This document shows positions 29,843 to 37,895 of a DNA stretch of 64,000 nucleotides, one piece after another. A program made the translations under genes and the position numbers. Source of the stretch: an uncultured Acidobacteriaceae bacterium. GTDB taxonomy: Bacteria > Acidobacteriota > Terriglobia > Terriglobales > Acidobacteriaceae. Below the pieces are notes generated by a model. The model searched no databases. It saw only the letters and a list, made by a program, of their open reading frames with translations, and was not told the DNA's origin. Position 1 is the first letter of the stretch; the number at the start of each line of letters is the position of its first letter. The DNA lies in the NCBI GenBank assembly GCA_963786085.1, contig CAWAYO010000031.1, forward strand, positions 1,465-65,464, read 5' to 3'.

Positions 29843-31638
29843 TGCTCATTTCCGATCTCCTCGATTCAAACAAGTTAAGTAAGGTTTTTATAGCAGTTTT
29901 TCTGTGCGCCAGTTTAGTTTCGGGACAGGAGGGTCATCCCCCGCCGGTGCCGCCGCCGCCTGGCGCCAAGTCCACACGGTGCTCGGGACGGCCGATTCCG
30001 CAGTTGGAAGACGTTACGGCTAAGGTTGGCATCACCTTCTCGCACACCGCCGACCCCTCCAAGAAGTACATTGTTGAATCGATGAGTGGGGGCGTGATTC
30101 TCTTCGACTATGACCGTGACGGCTGGCTCGATATCTACTTCACCAATGCCCCTACGGTCGAGATGGCGGTCAAGGGCGAGACCAGCCTTGGAGTTCTTTA
30201 CCACAACAACCACGACGGAACATTTACCGACGTCACGGCGAAGTCTGAGCTCAACAAGCCCTGCTTCGCGATGGGTGGGGCGGTCGGCGATTACGACAAC
30301 GACGGCTGGCCCGACCTCTACCTGACCTGTCTCGGAGGAAATGTCCTCTACCACAACAATGGCGACGGAAGCTTCACTGATGTTACCGCCAAAGCAGGGG
30401 TGGCCGACGGAAGGTGGTCGACTGGAGCATCGTTCGGCGACTATGACGGCGACGGTCTCGTCGATCTGATGGTTGCCAACTATGTCGACTTCCACCTGAA
30501 TGATCTACCAGGCTTTGGCAGTGCGCCTAACTGCAAGTATCGTGGGATATCGGTGCAGTGCGGGCCGCGCGGTCTGCGCGGCGCGGGCGATTCGCTCTTC
30601 CATAACGACGGAGACGGCACATTCACCGATGTGTCTAAGGCGGCGGGGGTTAGCGATCCGGATGGGTACTACGGCCTGGGAGTTATCTGGGCGGACTTCA
30701 ACAATACCGGCCATCCGGACATCTACATTGCCAACGACTCGACGCCCAAGTACCTGTACAAGAACCTCGGCGGAGGCAAGTTCAAGGACATTGGGCTGCA
30801 GTCGGGCACCGCGGTCAGCGAGGACGGCTCCGAGCAGGCGTCGATGGGGATCGCGGTGGGAGACTATAACCATACGGGACGTCCTTCGCTTTACGTCACG
30901 AATTTCTCGGACGAGAACGACCTTTTATATCGCAACGACGGCGATTGGAATTTTACGGAGGTCTCCTACCCCGCCGGGGTGGCCCTTCCGTCGCTGCCCT
31001 GGGTGAAGTGGGGCACGGCGTTTGTCGACCTGGACAACGACGGCTGGCTGGATCTGATCACGGTCAGCGGCCACGTTTATCCACAGGTGGATTCGCTGCC
31101 GTCCGGGCCGGGCTATCGCGAACCGAAGCTGCTGAGCATGAACCAGAAGGATGGAACCTTCTGCGATGCCAGCGATCAGGCCGGTCGGGCATTGACAGAG
31201 AAGCGGGCTTCTCGCGGGCTGGCGGTCGGCGACCTTTTCAACGACGGAAACATGGATGTTGTGATCGGCGACATCGATGGGGCGCCGATGGTTCTCAGGA
31301 ACCATGGGGTGCCGGGGCGGCACTGGGTCAGCTTCGAGCTGGCGGGCGGGCCGAAGAGCAACCGGCTGGCGCTCAACGCCCGGCTCAAGGTCGTCGCCGG
31401 CGGCATGACGCAGACGGACGAGATCCACAGCGGTGGCAGCTATCTCTCCCAGAATGACCTGCGCGTCCACTTCGGGCTAGGCACTGCGACTAAGGTAGAC
31501 AGCCTGGAGATCCGCTGGCCATCGGGTAAGGTAGAGACTCTGACTAACCTTGCGGCGGATAAATTCTATTCAATACTCGAAGGCGAAGGCGTCGTTCCGC
31601 CGGAGCGGATTCGGCCGACAAAGACCAAACGCTCATAG
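29842..31638 (+). CDS. Second CRTAC1-family (FG-GAP + ASPIC/UnbV) protein, Sec-type signal
   Basis: DYDRDGWLD, DYDNDGWPD, NNHDGTFTDV, GGSYLSQND.RVHFGLG..EIRWPSG. Confidence 0.92.
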   Translation: MLISDLLDSNKLSKVFIAVFLCASLVSGQEGHPPPVPPPPGAKSTRCSGRPIPQLEDVTAKVGITFSHTADPSKKYIVESMSGGVILFDYDRDGWLDIYFTNAPTVEMAVKGETSLGVLYHNNHDGTFTDVTAKSELNKPCFAMGGAVGDYDNDGWPDLYLTCLGGNVLYHNNGDGSFTDVTAKAGVADGRWSTGASFGDYDGDGLVDLMVANYVDFHLNDLPGFGSAPNCKYRGISVQCGPRGLRGAGDSLFHNDGDGTFTDVSKAAGVSDPDGYYGLGVIWADFNNTGHPDIYIANDSTPKYLYKNLGGGKFKDIGLQSGTAVSEDGSEQASMGIAVGDYNHTGRPSLYVTNFSDENDLLYRNDGDWNFTEVSYPAGVALPSLPWVKWGTAFVDLDNDGWLDLITVSGHVYPQVDSLPSGPGYREPKLLSMNQKDGTFCDASDQAGRALTEKRASRGLAVGDLFNDGNMDVVIGDIDGAPMVLRNHGVPGRHWVSFELAGGPKSNRLALNARLKVVAGGMTQTDEIHSGGSYLSQNDLRVHFGLGTATKVDSLEIRWPSGKVETLTNLAADKFYSILEGEGVVPPERIRPTKTKRS

Positions 31639-31641
31639 AGG

Positions 31642-31856
31642 TACCCCCTCCCCCCTGAAATCGTTAGTCATTCATTCCGTTGATGTTAAGGGATAGATCG
31701 TCCGTGACTGTTTCATTTTAAATGACTTAAGTGCATCTCATAGCAGACAAATAACTTACGCCTAAGGCGCTTCCATAATGGGAACGGCCCGGCATATGCC
31801 GGGCCGCTTCTTGTTCCTATTTCCATTATACCTTTCCAAGCCGAAATTCTCGGCCA
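31642..31856 (-). repeat. Non-coding element copy B (inverted relative to copy A)
   Basis: Reverse complement: TGGCCGAGAATTTC..TATAATGGAAATAG..GGCCCGGCATATGCCGGGCC..TTTAAAATGAAACAGTCAC..GGGGGGAGGGGGTAC. Confidence 0.75.
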
Positions 31857-31876
31857 TGAACCCGATCGAAATCTAG

Positions 31877-31931
31877 TCTCCTTGACAATCTAGGAGAAGC
31901 CTCGGTATTTTCTCCTAGACAGACTGGGAGG
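31877..31931 (+). promoter_or_regulatory. Paired palindromic operators overlapping the padR1 promoter
   Basis: TCTCCTTGACAATCTAGGAGA (contains TTGACA) and TCTCCTAGACAGACTGGGAGG. Confidence 0.7.
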
Positions 31932-31943
31932 CGAGAGAACGAG

Positions 31944-32291
31944 ATGGCGGAAAAGGCTCCGGTCGACCTGTTGCAGGGCACGCTCGACATGCTGGTGCTG
32001 AAGGCGGTGTCGCTGGGGCCGCTGCATGGGTATGGAGTTCTCCTGCGGATCCAACAGGTTTCACAGAACCGGCTCGAGATTCAGCAGGGGTCGTTGTATC
32101 CGGCGCTCTACCGGTTGGAGCATGAGGGTTGGATAGCCGGCGAGTGGGGACAGAGTGAGAACAAGCGCCGGGCTCGCTTCTATCGACTGACCGCAGCCGG
32201 AGAGCGGCGGCTGGAGGCCGAGGCGAAGAAGTGGAATGAGTTCGCGGGCGTCATCGGGTCAATTCTCGACACTGTTGCGGAGCAGCTGTGA
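31944..32291 (+). CDS. PadR-family regulator, acidobacterial type
   Basis: [42 protein letters not shown]. Confidence 0.93.
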   Translation: MAEKAPVDLLQGTLDMLVLKAVSLGPLHGYGVLLRIQQVSQNRLEIQQGSLYPALYRLEHEGWIAGEWGQSENKRRARFYRLTAAGERRLEAEAKKWNEFAGVIGSILDTVAEQL

Positions 32292-35014
32292 GCCTGAACA
32301 GTCGAGTAAGGACGTGGTGGCGTGCGGTGACACGCGGGGCGGACGTCGATGCACAGGTGGATGAAGAGCTGCGGTTCCACATTGAGAGCTATGCCGAGGA
32401 TCTGATGCGCGGTGGGATGCCACGCGAAGAGGCGATGCGCCGTGCAAAGGCAGAGTTGGGCAGTCTAGCAGCGAGGAAAGAGAACTGCCGGCAAGCGTGG
32501 GGCACACGCTGGTTCGACGAGCTGCGAGCCGACCTCCGCTATGCGTTGCGGATGCTGGCGAAGAGTCCCGGATTTGCGCTCGTGGCGGTTGGATCGCTGG
32601 CGCTGGGGATCGGCGCAAATACGGCGATCTTTGCGATCACCAGACAGATTTTGCTCGACAAGCTTGACGTTCACAATCCGGAAGACTTGCGTCTGTTTGC
32701 CTGGACAGGTGGCGAAAACAGAGTTCCGATTCGCATCTGGGGTCATTGGAACGAAGCAAACAATACCTGCACTTCGTTTTCATACCCCGTCTACCAGCAG
32801 CTTCGCCGGCAGAAAGGAGTGTTTGAGGATGTTTTTGCCTTCAAGGTAATTCCAGAGCTGACGGTGGCAGTTGATAACAAACCGGAACCTGTAACAGCGG
32901 AACTTGTGTCCGGGAATTATTACTCCGCGCTTGGTGTAAATACGGTTATTGGCCGGGAAATTCAGAACTCGGATGATGGCGCGCCGGGCAGTGGCGCCGT
33001 TGCCGTTATCAGCGACGGATTCTGGTCGCGGCACTTCGGACGCTCTCCTGATGCGATTGGGAAAACAATCGAGGTAAACCTTACGCCCGTGACGATCATT
33101 GGCGTGAATTCCCGGGAATTCACCGGCGCTTCCAGCGTGCAAATCTCGCCTGATGTTTTCCTGCCTTTCAGCATGGAGCCAGTTGTCGCACCCAATGGGG
33201 CGAAATCACTCCTGACGAACCCAGAGCAGTGGTGGGTGCTGGTGATGGGCCGCATGAAGCCAGGGGTGGCTGGTGAGTCAGCGCGCGCGGCGATGGATGT
33301 TCTCCTGAGCAACGCTGTGCATTCCACGATGACAGTGGAAAAGAGCCAATCCGTGCCGCGTTTCGCCATGCAGGACGGAAGCCGCGGCGAAGATCTAAAC
33401 GGCGAGAGGTTTAGCAAGCCAATATATGTGCTTATGGCGCTCGCAGGAGTCGTCTTGCTGCTGGCTTGCACAAATCTGGCGAATCTGCTGCTAGCCCGGG
33501 CCAGTAGCCGTCAGCGCGAATTGAGCGTGCGTCTTGCGCTGGGAGCAAAGCAGGGGCGGATCATGCGTCAGATGCTCACAGAGAGCCTGCTGCTCTCCAC
33601 GGCTGGAGGCATTGCCGGACTTCTCCTCGGCTATTGTGGGCGAAATGCGATTCCACACCTGATGTCGTCTTCCTGGGAAACGGCGGTGATGCATGTACGT
33701 TTCGACTGGGAGATTTTTGGATTTACAGCCGCAGTTTCCCTTTTCACCGGATTAGTTTTTGGATTCATGCCTGCATGGCAGGCGATGCATACGCAAGTGA
33801 ACAAGGGGCTCAAGGAAAATTCCCATTCTGCTACGCAAGGCAGCGGCAACTTTTCCGGGAGAATACTTGTCGCCGTTCAGATTGCCTTGTCCATGCTGCT
33901 GCTGGTTGGAGCTGGTCTCTTCATTCGGACACTGGGGAATCTCAACAAAAGTCGACTTGGCTTTCGACCTGACAATCTTGTGCTTTTCGAGATTCAGGCT
34001 CCGAATACGCGCTATCCCGCGCCGAAAGATCTCGTGCTTTACCGGCAAGTAGAACAACGGCTGGCGTCTGCTCCTGGTGTCAAGTCCGTCACACTGTCAA
34101 AAAATCCTCTGATCGCGGGCAACGTGTCCAATGACGATTTTGTTCCGGATGGTCTGCCTTCGAACGTGAGCGGTAAAACATTCGTGGATGACAACGTGGT
34201 GGGGCAGGACTTTTTTGCAACGATGGGCATCCCGATGCTGGCGGGCCGCAGTTTTGACAGCTCCGATACCGAGACTTCCCGCCTGGTTGCTGTTGTGAAT
34301 CAGCAGTTGGTGAAGGAATATTTTCCGCACATAAATCCCATCGGCAGAACGTTCCTGTCCAACAAAAAACACATTGAGATCATCGGCATAAGCGGTGACA
34401 CCCGATATGCTGACCTGCGCGACGATCTTCCCGCAACGTTCTATACGCTCTATCGGCAGCAATCCAAAAGCGAGCCGAGCATGACATTCGAAATCTCCAC
34501 CAACATAGAACCCTCAGCGGTTGTGACGATTCTCCGCGACGCTGTCGCATCGGTGGATAAGGATCTGCCGCTGCTTAACATTCGTACTCAGGATGCACAG
34601 ATCAGCGATAGAACGAGGCAGGAGCGCATCTTTGTATCGCTCACCAGCGGATTCGGTCTGCTTGCTCTCATTCTTGCCTGCATTGGAGTTTACGGTGTGA
34701 TGGCGTACTCCGTTTCACAGCGCACCCACGAGATAGGGATTCGGATGGCGCTGGGCGCAGAGCCGGAGCGGGTGCGGCGCATGGTGTTGCGCGAGGCAAC
34801 GTGGGTGGTGGCGTTGGGTATCCTTGCTGGCGGGTGCGGCGCTCTGGCGCTGGAGCGCGCGATCGCGAGCCTGCTCTACGGGATTAAGGCGTGGGATCCC
34901 ACGACGCTGGCGGGATCGGCGGCGATGCTGATGGTTGTGACGCTGGGGGCAAGCTGGGTTCCGGCGTGGAGAGCTGCGAGGGTGGATCCGATGCGGGCAT
35001 TGCGGCATGAATAG
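32288..35014 (+). CDS. ADOP-type duplicated MacB/FtsX ABC permease
   Basis: N-terminal EELRFH prefix, LALGIGANTAIF, LLLACTNLANLLLAR, EIGIRMALGA, VDPMRALRHE. Confidence 0.93.
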   Translation: MSLNSRVRTWWRAVTRGADVDAQVDEELRFHIESYAEDLMRGGMPREEAMRRAKAELGSLAARKENCRQAWGTRWFDELRADLRYALRMLAKSPGFALVAVGSLALGIGANTAIFAITRQILLDKLDVHNPEDLRLFAWTGGENRVPIRIWGHWNEANNTCTSFSYPVYQQLRRQKGVFEDVFAFKVIPELTVAVDNKPEPVTAELVSGNYYSALGVNTVIGREIQNSDDGAPGSGAVAVISDGFWSRHFGRSPDAIGKTIEVNLTPVTIIGVNSREFTGASSVQISPDVFLPFSMEPVVAPNGAKSLLTNPEQWWVLVMGRMKPGVAGESARAAMDVLLSNAVHSTMTVEKSQSVPRFAMQDGSRGEDLNGERFSKPIYVLMALAGVVLLLACTNLANLLLARASSRQRELSVRLALGAKQGRIMRQMLTESLLLSTAGGIAGLLLGYCGRNAIPHLMSSSWETAVMHVRFDWEIFGFTAAVSLFTGLVFGFMPAWQAMHTQVNKGLKENSHSATQGSGNFSGRILVAVQIALSMLLLVGAGLFIRTLGNLNKSRLGFRPDNLVLFEIQAPNTRYPAPKDLVLYRQVEQRLASAPGVKSVTLSKNPLIAGNVSNDDFVPDGLPSNVSGKTFVDDNVVGQDFFATMGIPMLAGRSFDSSDTETSRLVAVVNQQLVKEYFPHINPIGRTFLSNKKHIEIIGISGDTRYADLRDDLPATFYTLYRQQSKSEPSMTFEISTNIEPSAVVTILRDAVASVDKDLPLLNIRTQDAQISDRTRQERIFVSLTSGFGLLALILACIGVYGVMAYSVSQRTHEIGIRMALGAEPERVRRMVLREATWVVALGILAGGCGALALERAIASLLYGIKAWDPTTLAGSAAMLMVVTLGASWVPAWRAARVDPMRALRHE

Positions 35015-35038
35015 ACCTTTCGAGCGGAGGAAAGAGCT

Positions 35039-37786
35039 ATGAGCCTGAGTAGCCGGATGAGGACGTGTTGGCGCGCGGTCACACGGGGTTCAGATTTGGA
35101 CTCGCAGTTAGACGACGAACTGCGGTTCCACATTGAGAGCTACGCCGAGGATCTGGTGCGCGCTGGGATGCCACGCGAAGAGGCGATGCGTCGGGCGAAG
35201 GCAGAGCTGGGCAGTATCGCGGCGGGAAAAGAAAATTGCCGGCAGGCATGGGGAACGCGCTGGTTTGACGAGCTGCGAGCCGACCTCCGCTATGCACTCC
35301 GGATGCTGGCGAAGAGTCCTGGATTTGCGGCGATTGCGATTGGATCGCTGGCTCTGGGGATCGGCGCAAATACTGCGATTTTTTCGATTGCCAAACATGT
35401 GCTGCTCGACCGGCTCAACGTGCCGCACGCAGAACAACTCCGGCTCCTGATGTGGACCTCGAAGCGCCAGAGCGCGGTGCACAGCATCTGGGGCGACTGG
35501 AACAAGGGATACGACGGCGTCTACAGTACATCGTTCTCGTACCCCGTTTATGAAGTGCTGCGCAAAGAGAATCGCGGCCTTGAAGATTTGTTCGCGTTCA
35601 AGGGCGCGGGCCGGATGGATGTGACGATCAATGGCCAGGCCGAGGTTGTGCAGGCGGAGCTGGTCTCAGGAAATTACTACCAGCAGATGGAGGTCCAGCC
35701 GCGGCTGGGGCGCGCAATCACGGTGGAGGATGACCGTCCCGGAGCGGCGCCGGTCGCCGTCATCAGCGACGAGTATTGGGCGCGGCGATTCAATCGTTCG
35801 CACTCTGTTATCGGGAAGACGATTCTGCTGAACCTGACCCCGACAACGATTGTGGGTGTGAATCCTCCGGGCTTTACCGGAGCGAAGAGTGTGGAGACTT
35901 CGCCCGATATTTTCTCCCCTCTTGTGATGGAGTCGCTTGTTTCGCGAGTCTGGGACGGCTCGCTGCTGGCAAATCCGAACCGCTGGTGGTTGCAGATTAT
36001 GGCGCGTACCAGGCCGGGAGTGAGCGAGGCCGCGGCGCAGGCGCAGTTGCGCGCGACGCTTCAGCAGGCGGTGGTGGCGCTGATGAAGCCGAAGAGCGGC
36101 GACGATCTACCCAAGCTGCTGCTGACGGACGGGAGCCGCGGCCTGAATGAGGCGGGAAAGCAGCTTGCTGAGCCGCTATTGGTGCTGTTGGCGCTGACGG
36201 GAATGGTGTTGTTGCTGGCGTGCGCGAATCTTGCCAACCTGTTGCTGGCGAGGTCGACGGCGCGGCAAAGGGAGATGAGCGTGCGCCTGGCTCTGGGTGC
36301 GGGACGCGGCAGGATTCTGCGCCAGGTGTTGACGGAAACCATGCTGCTGGCCGTTTGCGGTGGAGCGCTTGGCCTGCTCGTCGGGTATGTGGGGCGCAAC
36401 GTTCTGCTGCAACTTACCGCCAGTTCCTCGTCAGAGGCAGCGCCAATGCAGGGAACGTTCAGCTGGGGAGTCTTTGCGTTCAATGCCGGGCTTTCGCTGC
36501 TGACGGGGATCCTGTTCGGCCTGGCACCAGCATGGAAGGCTACACGGACGGAAGTGCAGAGCTCCTTGAAGGAGAGCGCGCAGACAACAACGCGGCGACG
36601 GCATGGATATGCGGGCAAGGCAATGGTCGCGTTCCAGATCGCCGTCTCGATGATGCTGGTAGCCGGAGCCGGAGTGTTTCTGCGGACGCTGATCAATCTT
36701 CACCGCGTCGATCCGGGCTTCGACGTGAAGAACCTAGTCCTCTTTCAGGTTGATCCGCCCAAGTCGAGATATCCGGTCGACAAACAATCGCAGTTGTTCG
36801 GAAGGATTGAGGAGCGGCTGGCGTCGGTCCCCGGCGTAGAAGCGGTGTCGGCGGAGAGCATTCCTTTGCTGGCGAATGATCGATCGAATGACGACTTTGT
36901 GCCGACAGGAATCAAGCGTGCAAAAGGTGAGGATCAGACGGAGATGGATGATTACGTCGGCGACCAGTATTTTGCGGCGCTGCATATTCCGATGCTTGCC
37001 GGGCGGAGCTTTACTGCGCAGGATAAAGCGAATTCGACGCGGGTGGCGGTCGTCAACCAGGCGCTGGCGAAAAAGCACTGGGGAGGGGAAAACCCGATCG
37101 GCAAGACTTTTACGACGTCCGACATGAAAGACCAGAAGCTGCTGTACACGATTGTGGGGGTGTGCGCGGACACACGTTATTCCAATCTGCGCGACGATCC
37201 GCCGGCGATCTTCTTTCTGAGTTATCGGCAGGCGCCCTATGTCTCCTGGGGAATGACATTTGCCGTGCGAACGCGGATACCTCGAGCGACGATTACGCCA
37301 TCGTTGCGAGCGGCAGTCAGCAGCGTAGACCGTGACCTGCCCCTGATCGAAGTGCGCACGCAGCAGGAGCAGATCGATCAGATCACCGCCAGCGAGCGCG
37401 TCTTCGCCAATCTCACTGCTGCATTCGGCGTGCTGGCGCTGGTGCTGGCATGCATCGGGATCTACGGGATCACTGCTTATTCAGTGGCGCAGAGGACCAA
37501 CGAGATCGGGATTCGCATGGCTCTGGGCGCAGAACCTGAACGCGTGCTGCGAATGGTGCTGGGCGAGGCATCGTGGATGACAGCGGTTGGCGTGGCCGTG
37601 GGCGTGGCTGGGGCGTTGGCGCTGAGCCGCATCATAGTGAGTCTGCTTTATGGGATGAAGGCGTGGGATCCGGCGACGCTTGCCGGATCGGCAGTGATAC
37701 TTATGTTGGTGGCGCTGGGGGCCAGCTGGATACCCGCGCGGCGAGCTGCGAGCGTGGATCCAATGAGAGCGCTGCGCCACGAATAG
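35039..37786 (+). CDS. ADOP-type duplicated MacB/FtsX ABC permease (tandem paralog)
   Basis: Same motifs as the preceding gene, with near-identical termini. Confidence 0.93.
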   Translation: MSLSSRMRTCWRAVTRGSDLDSQLDDELRFHIESYAEDLVRAGMPREEAMRRAKAELGSIAAGKENCRQAWGTRWFDELRADLRYALRMLAKSPGFAAIAIGSLALGIGANTAIFSIAKHVLLDRLNVPHAEQLRLLMWTSKRQSAVHSIWGDWNKGYDGVYSTSFSYPVYEVLRKENRGLEDLFAFKGAGRMDVTINGQAEVVQAELVSGNYYQQMEVQPRLGRAITVEDDRPGAAPVAVISDEYWARRFNRSHSVIGKTILLNLTPTTIVGVNPPGFTGAKSVETSPDIFSPLVMESLVSRVWDGSLLANPNRWWLQIMARTRPGVSEAAAQAQLRATLQQAVVALMKPKSGDDLPKLLLTDGSRGLNEAGKQLAEPLLVLLALTGMVLLLACANLANLLLARSTARQREMSVRLALGAGRGRILRQVLTETMLLAVCGGALGLLVGYVGRNVLLQLTASSSSEAAPMQGTFSWGVFAFNAGLSLLTGILFGLAPAWKATRTEVQSSLKESAQTTTRRRHGYAGKAMVAFQIAVSMMLVAGAGVFLRTLINLHRVDPGFDVKNLVLFQVDPPKSRYPVDKQSQLFGRIEERLASVPGVEAVSAESIPLLANDRSNDDFVPTGIKRAKGEDQTEMDDYVGDQYFAALHIPMLAGRSFTAQDKANSTRVAVVNQALAKKHWGGENPIGKTFTTSDMKDQKLLYTIVGVCADTRYSNLRDDPPAIFFLSYRQAPYVSWGMTFAVRTRIPRATITPSLRAAVSSVDRDLPLIEVRTQQEQIDQITASERVFANLTAAFGVLALVLACIGIYGITAYSVAQRTNEIGIRMALGAEPERVLRMVLGEASWMTAVGVAVGVAGALALSRIIVSLLYGMKAWDPATLAGSAVILMLVALGASWIPARRAASVDPMRALRHE

Positions 37787-37895
37787 GCTTGAGCACGAAC
37801 CAATGAGATGAGCCGGTTCTCTTTACATGAGAAATTAGCTTTTGCAGCGTTGTGATTTCCTGTCTAATGCCTCTTAAAAAGAAAAGGAGGCAGCA

